DNA of 64,000 bases from Octopus bimaculoides. Its lineage: Eukaryota. The stretch lies in contig NC_068993.1 in assembly GCF_001194135.2 (NCBI RefSeq), positions 17,188,073 through 17,252,072 on the forward strand. Direction: 5' to 3'. Below are positions 23,161 through 35,163 of the stretch, in pieces. How positions within the stretch are numbered: position 1 is the stretch's first letter; each line of letters starts with the position of its first letter. A program made the position numbers and the translations under genes. The notes below the pieces were generated by a model that worked only from the letters and a program-made list of their open reading frames with translations, ran no database searches and was not told where the DNA came from.

Positions 23161-25476
23161 AAGTTACTTCAACAAGAGAGGAAAAATATATTAATCGTTA
23201 GTCATTCACAGACACAGCCATGTGTGATATTATGGTCATTATCCCTAAGCATGAATATTTCACGATTATTATTAGAGATGTGATGTGAAATGCTTACAAT
23301 TAAGAATTGAAACCAAATTGCAGATTCAGTTTTTTTTAGAATTCACCTCTACATACAATGGTATTCCGAATGTTATTACTAATTTGTTCATTTTAATATC
23401 TCCAATTTAAAAGAATAGCCTATATAAATATCTTATAAAACTAACTTGACTGAAAAGAACATAAAAAAAAAAATGCATTTTTAAAAATAGTTTCCAACGA
23501 GGTCGCTATTTGTCAATTCATTCATGAGTGGATATGAAGAAGGAAAAAAACCAAGAGTTATTATTCCTTGACAGAAAGGAAGAGTAATGACAATTTGACT
23601 TCACTGACACAGCCACAACCTTGACTAGGATGATAAGAGGGTTTAACCAAATGAAGTGATGCAGCTTAAAAAAAAAAAAAAGACTTATGCTGATGACTGG
23701 TTGGAAAACAAAGTGATCTACTTGAAGGACTTAATTGGCACCCTTTAAGGAAATACTCTTTATAAAAAAATTTTTTTTAATTTCCAATTAGCGCTTCTGA
23801 GTAAAAATTTTTTAATTTTTTGGTAGTGTAAGACAGTTACGAAAAAATTCTAGCAAACTGAAATTTGCACTGAAGATAATTCTAAGAATTAATATAAGAC
23901 AAACATTCTATCAACCTTTAATGCTGCCTATAAGTATTTTATATAGGGGCAAAAATAACATCACTTTATAACAGTATGCAGGCACCTCTTGATAGTTGTA
24001 AGTGGAAACTCTTAGCTCAAAGTTGGATGATAAATACTATCTTTGTAGTTAATAATTTCTTTCTTAGATACAAAGCAAGTTTAGTAGTAGAGAAATATAG
24101 TTGAGTCAATCTCAGCATATTTCTGTTATTTATTTTTTTAACCAACATAGATTTTTTTCAAGTTCATTACATTTTATGGCCAAATTAAATATTTTGTTCA
24201 AAATAAACACCAGTTTTAAAGATGGAATGAAGAAAACAAACTACAAATACTGTTCATGTCCTCTTGAGTATAAATGAAGACAAAATTAAAAACATAAATA
24301 AAATAATTAGTGTTGGACCATTTCTCCACACAATGAGATGATAAAATTATACTTTACTACTAACTTACACTTTGCTGGAAATTTTCCCAGTAACTTTTTT
24401 TTTTCCACAATATATATTTTTTGTATTGTTCCCCATTAATGTTTGTTTTTTTTTAATATTTTTAAAATTTTTTTTTTCTTTTATACTAAATAAACAAATA
24501 TTATTCCTAACAACTGGACTTGAAAAAACTTCAGGTTAAAAAAATATTTGAGAGAAAACTCACCGGGTGTTTAATATCTATAGATAAAAACGAAACACAT
24601 AATTGACATGCATGGCAAAGACTAATTCGAATAGCCAATGTTGTCACACATGAAAGGAAAGGGATGGGGGAAAGCTGGAACCAATAGAAAAGCAACAAGC
24701 ATGTGAGGAAGCTAGCTATATGGTAATTGCAGACAAGACAAGCTGTGGAGTTGGTTAAACAAAACAGTAACCAAATCTCAATAATTTCCAAAAAAAAAAC
24801 AAAAATGTAAGTTAAAAGTAAGCCCTGATTCTTATTGGTTAAAGAAACAACAACGAAAAAAAAAAAACTTGATTTCCTAATAAGAAGAGTTAAATAGATA
24901 TTCATGCCCTAGCAAAAGTCATAAAGTTATGTTAAATGGTTATGATAGACAATTGAAACTTGGTCAGATTCAAATCCCCTGGATGTACTATTGAACCAAG
25001 GTTGTAGTAACTAAGAGTATATTATAAATGCATGAAGCAAAGCATTTTGACATAACAAAAGCTGTGTGTGCTTTCAGTGAACAGGCAATGTAACAAAGTA
25101 GTTGAAACTGGAACTAAAAACCAAATTCAGTTTGCAGAGGAGAGAACATAGTGTCATATTACACAGAACTCGCTCACACCATAACAATAAGGCTTATCTC
25201 TTCAAGAAACAAAAAAAAAAGGAAAAAGAAAAGAAAAAAAACATGAGAAAAGAAACAAATGACTTTTTTTTTTTTTTATCAATATAAATATTGATGTACC
25301 CTAATAGTCAGTCTGCTGAAGAACAAGATTACAAGATTATATGTAATGCCCAATATGTAAACCAAATAAATTGATCTGAATAGAACAACCATGTAGATAT
25401 ACCTAAATGTGTGTGTGTGTGTGTGTATAAAATGCATTATGTATACGTGTATATATACACAAACACAAATGTGTAT

Positions 25477-25533
<57 letters not shown>

Positions 25534-28163
25534 TGTACATACACAGACGAAAAGTCCTATAAATAAGGCAGAGTATAAACTAAAATGGTGACTTATTTAT
25601 AGGACACATGGTATATGTGCATGTGAGGGCATAAAATAAAATAAATATGTTAATATTTTGATTGCAAATTGAAGTTTAGAAAGGCCTAATGTTAACATGT
25701 ATGTGTACATGTGTAAAGTTTTTGTTTTATGTTGTACAAAAACATAAATGCTCAATACTCCTTTGTGTTAAAAGAGTGTGTGTGTGTGTGTGTGTGTAGC
25801 AATAGTAGTTTCATTTGGTTTATACAAGTAACAAATTCATCAAACAGCAAAGAAAAATGTTCTGCTGATAGATACAAAACCATACAGAAACACAAGAACA
25901 AATGGATTTTTGTACCAAGATGGAAGAAGAGGGGAGGAGAAATAACAAAGAGGGTAAAAAATAAAACAATGATGAAACATCTTAAAACTAGATTTTTGCA
26001 ATTGTACACCTGTTCCTATTAATGACTGAAATGCTTCACTATGTGGCATTTTTCCTCGATTGCTTGATACAAATTGTCTATGGTAATTAGAAGTGGCTCT
26101 GAAGCTTTATTTTTCATTTTTATTTAGTATAGTTTCATATAATTTTCCTTTGTTTACAGTATTTTGCTGTGGACATTTTAACCACCCACTACATTTTTAT
26201 TATTATACCTTAAAAGAAAAATCTTCAATTTTTTTTGTTTTAAATATCAGCTTAAGTATCAATCAAAAGATTTTTGAAATTACAAAACGAAAATATTTTA
26301 ATCATAAACCAATTTAGAGTAAGGATATTTACAAATGCAGTACATTTTTCTGCATACAAATCTAATTTGCATATTAAATATTTTGTTTGCATTTGTAATT
26401 ATATTTTTGTCCTTTAAAATTTTTGAACAAAACAATGCTTTCAAGTGTAAAGAAAATATATGTATAATTAAAACTTAAACTGCAAACACAAAACATTTAT
26501 ATAGATAGAAACAAGTACTGCAGTTATAAATTATCTAACCCTAATCAGTTTTTGATTTTTAAAAATTAATTATTTTTCTGCAAATTCTGAATACCTGGTG
26601 TTCAAAGTATAAAAGACTGAAGAGTATAATAAAAAAATAGTTAGTGGTGTGGGAGTAATCCACACTGAAATGAATAAGTGCTTAAGTTTCTCAATAACAA
26701 TATCTGTCCCTATATATTTGATCAATTGTGACCTTATAAGAAGCCAAAAAAATCGACGTAGTTATGTCCCTTTATTTGGATTCCTTGGTTACCCATATTT
26801 GAACTCGAAGCTTTAAAACTGTACTGAATTCACCACACACACACATGTCAAGCACAAAATACTGACATATATTATGTATCAATGGAAAAGAGTGTGATAT
26901 TAGTTTTTGCTTATCCCCAAAGCCAGCTATGACTGAGGAGATATATGTATGGTCAATGCATATCTATCTAATCTTTTTGTAGTTGTATACTCAGAGTATT
27001 CTCTCCAATATGTCATTTTTGTTTAAGATAACAGTATGTGTTCGTGTGTGTGTATGTGTGGGTAAGCCTCATATTTATTACTGAACTGAAAACTCATTAA
27101 AAATGGATAGAAGTTTTGTAATAAATATTGATCCACCTGACAAAAAGATGTCATAAGGTCATTACAATTCTTAAACCTACATCGAGCTGTACAAGTTTGT
27201 CTCCAGGCAAAGTCGAGCATCTACGATCAGCAAATCAAGCAGATTGAAGGTTCATTTGCATATTCTTCAGTCTCTTGGACAGTACATTGAAGAAAAAAAG
27301 TCTTAGTAGACTGCAACTACATAGTGTCTCTCTCTTTCTCTCATTTTTATCCCACCATCTCAACTGTTCTCCATTAACATGTACTTTCAGATCTAATCAA
27401 GATTATTCCACTTCGGATACAAAAAAAAAAAAAGACAATGTTAAATGAAACGCTACTTGTTTGCTTTATAGGTTTTATTGTTGTTGGTGATGATGGTGTT
27501 GATGTCATAAAATTCTAATAATAATTCTCCAGTTTGAATGATAACAATATCTTTTATTTTATTATTTTAATAGTCCTCTTTTGGGTTTATTATAGCCTTT
27601 CAGAGATAAAATACTTCGACGACATACAAAACAAATGGGTTTAAAAAAAAACATAACCAAGCACAAGTGAACCAGCTTTACCTTGTTTGTTTGTTATCTA
27701 AAAATGTCAATTATCCCCAGTTACTCGTTGAATATGCTACGCTAACATCCCTGATAGAACTACAAATACACTAATTGATGGGAAGTGTCTCTCCGTTCCA
27801 TCCCTCTTTCTTTTCTACAATTACAAAAGTAATAATAGAACAGGAAGAGGGAAACAAAACAAAGAGAGATAGGGAAGATATAAGGATGCAGAAAGAGGGG
27901 GGAAAAAAAGGGAGTAAGAAGGAAAAGAGAGAGAAAGAGAGATTTTTTTTTCTCTAGAGACAAATGAGGTAAGTTTTTCTTCAGGTAAAAAATACTGCCA
28001 AAAATAATGTTTTGTGTTTGCTTGTTTTTTGCTTCATTTGAACTAACAATGTGAAAGAAAACAGAAGAATGAAATGAAAAAAAAAAGAAAAATAAAAAAA
28101 AAAAAACGAAAGTGAAATAAAAATAAATGCATATATCACAGTCATCAAGAATGTTGAAGTTTA

Positions 28164-30497
28164 TCAAAGATTTGAAGGTGCTGTGCCTTGGTTGCTGCTA
28201 ACAATAAGATCAAGCATATATTCAAGGTGCTCAGAAGATATCTGATGAAAAACTTCCTGGTGAAATGGGACGTTGGGTAGCAACACTTTGAGAAAGGTCA
28301 TTGTCTTTTGCTGCAAGGATAAGAGACACTTCTCTGGTGACTTACACAAACTTACTTTCATGTCCAGCAACATGGCTTGACCCTGTAAGGTATTAATGTT
28401 TATTTTATCCACACTGGTATTGTCTGCACCCATGGAACATAAAGAAGTGGGTAATGATGATGACGATGAAGACGACGACGAAGAAGATGATGATGATGAT
28501 AATGATGAAGATGACAGAGGTAATGAAGTTTTTTCAGATGACACTGGTTTACCTGTCTCCACCAGAGAAATAGCTTCACTGATTAAAACGTCCACATCCT
28601 CTGAGTCAGTTCGAATAGACTCCAGAAATGGATACAGTTTTGGAAATAATACTGAAAACAGCAAATGTAACTTGTTACGCAATGAGATTAGTCTTAATGT
28701 ATTCTGAACAAAAGGCTGGGAGTTACCAGGCAACTTATAAGCACACGACCGTGATCGCCGCCGCCTCTTTTTCTCTGGTGACGAAGACATACAGCATGGA
28801 CACATACGCCTTCGCCGTATCCGAGGACCTTCCTGTTCGCAGTTGGTAAAATAGTTATAGGTATAAGACGGTCGTTTATTGGCCTTGCGTCGTGTCTCTT
28901 GCACTTTAGTAATTTTGTTTACGTGTTCTAGGGGGTCAACACTACAGTTGCTGCCACTGCTAAAGGCAGAGTCTTCAGAAAAACAACCCTGATGGGAGTT
29001 CTTGTCATAAGAATTACCAACAGGGTCGCTATCTAACTCGGATTTAAGTGTTTCAGAGTACATACTATGCTTTAAGCAATCAATGGACTGGTCAGCCAAG
29101 TTGACACAGATCTTAGAGTCAGTTGAATTTGCTACCTTCTCTTGATGCAATAAAAGGCTACCTGTGGTGGTCTTTGGACATTTTTTACTAGGGTCAACTG
29201 AGGATTCACTAGAGGCAACGTCATGTTTTTCATTCGCAACAGAAGTGTTTAGACGGTTTTTTACAGTCTCTGAGTTCTTAAACAGAGAGAATATATTTTT
29301 TTCTTCGGACTTCCAATGAACATCACCAGATTGTTGGTTTTCAGGAATGCAATGTTCATTTTCAGAAATGGAATTATTATTATTATTATTGGTGCAAGAA
29401 GATTTTTTAGAACAAGAATCAGGAATAATTAAGTTTTCAGGTAATTGACCATGTTGACATTTATCAGAACCTGGCTTGAAAACATCGCACAATCGCACAT
29501 TTTTCAGAATGCGACGTTCCCCAGTGGATCCAGTAGACACAGGACATTCAAGAGGTTTACGCCAAAAGCGAACATACTTTCGCCTAACAAGGCTGCAGGC
29601 AAGTTGTTGTAGTGACTTACTATTTGCTGAGTTGAGGTTTTCTGCAGATATAGAGTGTGTTGAGTTATCATTACATTCATCATGGCTAACTTCCACGGAA
29701 GAATGGTCTTCCTCCATGTGTCCATTCAGTAATTTTTCTTTCAGTGTATTGTCAAGTATGCTGTCGCTGGATTGCGTCACAGAGAAAGGAGTGGGCGATT
29801 GTTCAGGTGAGTCAGCAGAATACACAAACAACTTCCGTTTAAATTCAGTGCTTGGAGACTTTTTCAACTGGGAGTATTTTTTAACAACTCGTTTACAAGT
29901 CAATTGTTTGGGTGAGGTCTTACAGGGCACACGGGTCAGTTTCTTGTGTATGCCCTCTGATAGTTGCCACTCATCAAAACACTCACTAAGACGTTTGATA
30001 CAGACAGTGGGACGGGCAGAGTTTAGGACACTATTAAAAGGCCCCCGGATGGTAGAAGTTTCAACAGCCATCACTGATAAAGGAGATCTGTCAGAATTAT
30101 GGCCACATACAGACTCCTTCAAAGCACAGCTAACATGTCGGCTAACTTCAGCAGTTAAAGAGTAAACATCATATCGAAGGTGTTCTCCAGATCTTTGTAA
30201 TTTCGTTATCCAAATTGTAAGATACAGCACAGGACTATACAGAACCTGAAGGATCAGGTGTTCATGTGCAATACCATGTAGATATTGCACAAGATTGTAA
30301 AAAGATGAACAATTTTGTAGTGATTCGTTTGAGTTTGTAACTGGAACCAATAATGCTGCCACTTGTGCAAGCCAATGGAAACATGGCAACAGGAATTCAT
30401 CAATAACAGAAGACAGATAAGCGAAATGGCAACAAGAATGTTGAGAAAGTTGTTTACAAGGCCATAAAGAGAAATGTTTTACACTTTGAATAGTCAT
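28164..30497 (-). CDS. Uncharacterised ~777-aa protein, single coding exon; probable nuclear protein with a duplicated C-terminal helical module
   Basis: 2.3-kb stop-free ORF in a genome where random ORFs are short; first in-frame ATG at 30497; splice acceptor TTTTCAG|G just upstream (30526/30525); basic clusters RIRRRR and KKRRRRSRS; Ser-rich middle; poly-Asn and poly-Ser tracts. Confidence 0.88.
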   Translation of the reverse strand: MTIQSVKHFSLWPCKQLSQHSCCHFAYLSSVIDEFLLPCFHWLAQVAALLVPVTNSNESLQNCSSFYNLVQYLHGIAHEHLILQVLYSPVLYLTIWITKLQRSGEHLRYDVYSLTAEVSRHVSCALKESVCGHNSDRSPLSVMAVETSTIRGPFNSVLNSARPTVCIKRLSECFDEWQLSEGIHKKLTRVPCKTSPKQLTCKRVVKKYSQLKKSPSTEFKRKLFVYSADSPEQSPTPFSVTQSSDSILDNTLKEKLLNGHMEEDHSSVEVSHDECNDNSTHSISAENLNSANSKSLQQLACSLVRRKYVRFWRKPLECPVSTGSTGERRILKNVRLCDVFKPGSDKCQHGQLPENLIIPDSCSKKSSCTNNNNNNSISENEHCIPENQQSGDVHWKSEEKNIFSLFKNSETVKNRLNTSVANEKHDVASSESSVDPSKKCPKTTTGSLLLHQEKVANSTDSKICVNLADQSIDCLKHSMYSETLKSELDSDPVGNSYDKNSHQGCFSEDSAFSSGSNCSVDPLEHVNKITKVQETRRKANKRPSYTYNYFTNCEQEGPRIRRRRMCPCCMSSSPEKKRRRRSRSCAYKLPGNSQPFVQNTLRLISLRNKLHLLFSVLFPKLYPFLESIRTDSEDVDVLISEAISLVETGKPVSSEKTSLPLSSSSLSSSSSSSSSSSSSSSLPTSLCSMGADNTSVDKININTLQGQAMLLDMKVSLCKSPEKCLLSLQQKTMTFLKVLLPNVPFHQEVFHQISSEHLEYMLDLIVSSNQGTAPSNL

Positions 30498-30705
30498 ATG
30501 AAGATGCAATCATGTCTAAAAAGACCTGAAAATAGAAAAAAAAAAGGAGAGGAATGTAAAACACCAATAGCAATAGAAAATAAAAACTTTATTTAGCAAA
30601 CTAAATAAAGCTTAAACAAAATCAACAATTTTTTTTGTCATGGAAAAGAAGACTGTGTAAATTAATGTTCTTCCACCTTAGTATGTTATAGCTTACTTTC
30701 TGCAC

Positions 30706-30782
<77 letters not shown>

Positions 30783-30804
30783 CTTTTGTGAAAAACAATA
30801 CACA

Positions 30805-31108
30805 CGTTGCTTGTTTTCACTTTTTCGAGATCAGTGAATAATTTCACTGGAAAAAGCTAAATATATATTTGCAAAGAAATATCTTTTGCATCGAAGGTCG
30901 GCGATTGTCGTACGCTGAGGACGGGAAAATACCCAGAAACTTGAGTCCGTACGTATCGCAGATCAAGATGGGAAAGATAACTTCCCTTTGCAAATATAGA
31001 CAGGACACAGATGTGTGTCGATAGCCAGCTGGAGGAGATGTTCTCCTGGGGCTAAAAGCAACAGTAACATCCACCCTTAGGGGTCAGCCACATTTAAGTG
31101 GCAAATAT
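30805..31108 (+). mobile_element. ~304-nt structured, hammerhead-containing insertion (retrozyme-like)
   Basis: Six stem-loops plus a long-range closing stem; flanked by the 8-bp direct repeat AATACACA (30797-30804 / 31109-31116); CpG-rich in a CpG-poor intron. Confidence 0.6.
30901..30959 (+). ncRNA. Type I hammerhead ribozyme
   Basis: GCGAT-tgt-CGTACG | CTGAGGA | C-GGG aaaata CCC-A | GAAAC-TTGA-GTC | CGTACG-t-ATCGC: full catalytic core, GUC site (cleavage after 30947), bulged stem I and a 6-nt loop II. Confidence 0.85.
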
Positions 31109-33114
31109 AATACACAAGAGTTTACTCATTAATTTGATGCTAAAGTTTTGATCATAATTTTTTCTGTAAGCATTTGTGATGCTGTAACCTTCCTACACCT
31201 GGGTCACTGTGTCTAACTTTACTCTCTGTCTGGGCTCCCAAGCAATAAAGTAAACAATTGCATATACAGTTCAAGAGTAAGGATTTCTGGCAAACTAATC
31301 GACAGAATCTGCTGCATCTTTTTTTCTATGTGCCAGTAATCCAGCAGAGATGGCATTTAACTTATTCCCACTATAGCAGGAAAATGGCATGACTGGATTA
31401 ACTTTCAATACAAGCAGGAGTGTGTGTATGCATGTGTGTGTTAAGCAATGCTCTACCCTTTGTCTTTTACTAGTTTCAGCCAGCACTGGTTTTTAACCAA
31501 TTGTAGCAATCCCAGTATTTTTTATAGTTCTATATTTACTGATTGGTAAAGTTACCATTATGATTTAACACTGATTTTCTTACTAAGAAGATACCAACTA
31601 AACCAGGACTATAGTAAAAGACATTTATCCAATGCGCCACACACTGGGAATGAACCCAGAACCACTTGGTTACAAAGTGAACTTATTGACCACAGCCATG
31701 TTGGTATTAAAGTTATTTTGTAATATTTGTATTGCTTGTAGGTTCTGATAAGTTATAACATACTAACAAGTTACTCTTTACTACTTCTTCATTATACATT
31801 CCTTATGATTTCAAGAAAATCTTAGCATAGAGGTATGGCTATGTGGTTATGAAATTCATTTCATAAATTTGTGATTGGGTTCAATCCCACTGTACTGCAC
31901 TTGAGGCACATGTCTTCTATTATGACTCAGAACTTTGTGATTCTAAAACTTAAACATTTGGCTATGTGTATGATATCTTAATATAAAGTACTTTGTCTTT
32001 TAGAGCTGCAGCTGACATAAGTATCCATACTTTGTATCCTATAAGTACATATCATAATTACAGTCTTAACTAACTCATAATCACAATTACACTTAACTCA
32101 CTTATAACCCAGCCCACGGAAAGTGGAATTTGGGAAATAGAAACTGCGCAAAAGCTGTTGCATGTGTTTACATCTAAAAGCTTGTGCTGTTTATGCCCTG
32201 TAACTTAGCTGTTCAGTAAACAGTGGTCAATGAAATAAGTTACATAAAAAGTTGGCTCAAAGACATTGCCTCAGTATGGGCACATTCCAGTAACAGGCTT
32301 TCAATGACAAGTGCTCCAGTTGTTCAACCAACAAAATTATCTATTCATTGGATTACTATGTAATCAGCCGAGTATTTCAGATGCTCAAACATCTGGTCAT
32401 GAGAAATATTACTTTACTTGGAAAACAGGTAAGAGTTGGTGACAGGAAGGGCATCTTGCTGTGAAAAATCTGCCTCAACAAAATCTGATTGATGCAAGCA
32501 TGGGAAAGTGGACATTAAAATAATATATGTATGTATGTATATATGTGGTGATATCACGTAAAAAGCATTCTGTACATTCTGTGAAGTGGTTGGAGTTAGG
32601 AAGAGCACCCAGCTGTTGAAACTATGTCTAAAAAGAATATGGAACCTGGTGTGACTCCTGTCAAACTGTCCAACTCATGCCAGCATGGAAAACGGACATT
32701 AAATGATGATGATGAAACTCTTAACATAATCCTCAAGCAGAATCAATACGAAAGTATTACAAGGCTGGACCTTTCAGTTAGATTTCCAGTGCATTCAATG
32801 GGCTTCGGACAGCTTACATTCATCCCACCACTTTAGCAGAAAGCATATGCCCAAGGTGCCACACGGGGATCCAATACAGGACCCTGTAATTCTAAACAAA
32901 CTTCTTTATCATTTAGCAACACACATACAATCTTAGGTAAAAGTAAATATTTTCTCTTTTAGAGCTGCAGCTGATGTAAGTGTCCACATTTTGATCCTGT
33001 CACAAGTGCATTTCACACTCACAGTCAACACTTAACATCCAGCCCACATAACTGTATATAGAAACCCACATCATGTTAAGTAACATTTGTACAGTGTAGC
33101 TGATGAGTGTTTCT

Positions 33115-33345
33115 CATTTCTTTATTGCCCACAAGGGGCTAAACATAGAGGGGACAAACGGGGACAGACAAGGGGATTAAGTCAATTACATTGACCCCGG
33201 TGCGTAACTGGTACTTAATTTATCATCACCCGAAAGGATGAAAGGCAAAGTCGACCTCGTTGGAATTTGAACTCAGAACCTAACAGCCGACGAAATACCG
33301 CTAAGCATTTCATCCAGCGTGCTAACATTTCTGCCAGTTCACCAC
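33115..33345 (-). mobile_element. tRNA-derived SINE family C (Nin/Deu-like central domain)
   Basis: Minus strand GTCGACTTTGCCTTTCATCCTTTCGGG...TAAATTAAGTACCAG; 15-bp TSD CTGATGAGTG(T/C)TTCT at 33100-33114 and 33346-33360. Confidence 0.85.
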
Positions 33346-34163
33346 CTGATGAGTGCTTCTGTCAAGTGAAATGCTTGAGTTGAAACTCATGTGATAGGAG
33401 ATGTAAACTAACTAACTTTCAATACACCAAGATATTAAAAGTTCAAGAAACTCTTGCATTCCAGTTTCTAATGGGACTTGTTCATCTCTTGATCTTCAGT
33501 AGAAATTTTATGAAGTTACTGTGTGGGATTCTTTGTATATGTCATGCTATCAAATTATATACAATCTAAAACAGTTTAAATGTTGATCCACTTCTCGATT
33601 ACACTAAAATATCTGGAAGTCAGCCAACTGCTTTTGTAGAATTTTGCTCGGAAAAGGTCTTATATGCACACAATTGTAGAAGAAACATTATACACGGTGG
33701 TGCACCAGCATGACCGCAGCCACTTGGCTGAAACACATAAATAAATAAATAAATATAATAGGTGCAAACATTGCTATGTATTTAAGAAGTTTGCGTCTTA
33801 ACCATGTTTCTGGGTTCAGTCCCACTGCATTGCACCTTGGGCCAACCAAAGTCTTATGAATGGATTTGGTTGATAGAAATTGAAAAGAAGCCTGTTGTGT
33901 ATGTCTGTGTGAGAGAGAGAGAGAATGTTTGCATCCTCTTGTCTTGGTATCACATGATAATTGTAAATGGGTGTCACTGTCTTTCATTTTCAATATTCAA
34001 AGAGGACATGTCCAGCCATGGGGAAATATTACCTTGCTGGGAACACCTATGGGTAGGCAACAGAAAGGAAATCCAGTTGTAGAAAATTTACGTCAGTTAT
34101 CTCCATCTGACCCATGCAAGGATGGAAAAGTGGACGTTAAAACAATGACAACGATTTTATATG

Positions 34164-34195
<32 letters not shown>

Positions 34196-34376
34196 TGATG
34201 CCTTTTGCTTTTAAACTCAGTGACTCATCATTACATAATACTAATAAANNNNNNNNNNCCATCCTTGTTAACTTTGTATCGTCTGTTTGGATGGTTTTTT
34301 TTTGTCCCTTTTTTGTATCACTTGACTGTCTGGATGTTTTGCGTTCTTGTCCCATTTTTGTATTTTTTATATATAA

Positions 34377-34407
<31 letters not shown>

Positions 34408-35163
34408 TGATGCCTTTTGCTTTTAAACTCAGTGACTCATCATTACATAATACTAATAAAATTGTGGAACAGGTATCATAGGTAAGGTCCTAACGAGCTT
34501 AGTCAATGATAGTTTCAATTCCCAAGTGTGGACGTTTTACTTCATTTGACTGTGTGTATGGCAATACATAGAAGTGTGTAATGCCCTACACACATATAAC
34601 GGGGTTCTGATATGAGAGTTCCAGTGTTTTGAGAAATGTGGAATTACCAGGTTCTCAGGTTTGCCCTGTCACAGAGTAGGAGCACCTGTGAATGTCCCAG
34701 CTAAGGGTTAATTAGCACGATTCACTAAGTGTGCGGGATCCCTACTTCTCGTTAGAACTTCCTTCTAAAAAAACGTCAAGTGCTATTTCTAGCAGTCTCA
34801 ACCTCTGCTGTGCCACTGGCTTTATAGCTGATTGCCCTAAAAATGGATTCAGTGCTGTGCAACACTTTCTCCACTCACAACAGATTCACACACAAGGACT
34901 TCCTAGACATTTGCACAGACTTACTGGGTTGAGGAACTGGTCTTGCTCAGTCGCAAGTTGACGTCCACCATATGCATGCATGTACATCAGAAAGTAAAAG
35001 TATTTCAAATTTCATGTCAATTAAGGATTTTTCATTTGGATGAACCCTAATTCAAGCCCTCTCTCTCTCTCTCTCGCTCTCAGTGAACATTCTCATCAAA
35101 TCACACAAATCAAATTATCGAATCAGTATTAAAGAAAGAAAAGATAACGAATTAATTTTTTAC

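Noticed and set aside
29476-30165. 229-aa plus-strand ORF (also 28396-28707 and 28628-28849)
   Set aside because: Antisense shadows of the long minus-strand CDS; the Asp/Glu run is simply the complement of the poly-Ser codons.
31015-31075. Possible HDV-like ribozyme, or an opposite-strand hammerhead, next to the main hammerhead
   Set aside because: P1 reaches only 5 bp with no P1.1 or J4/2 elements; no CUGANGA or GAAAC exists on the minus strand of 30805-31108.
34150-34460. ~100-bp tandem duplication across a 10-N gap
   Set aside because: Identical copies on either side of a minimal gap are typical of unmerged contig overlap.
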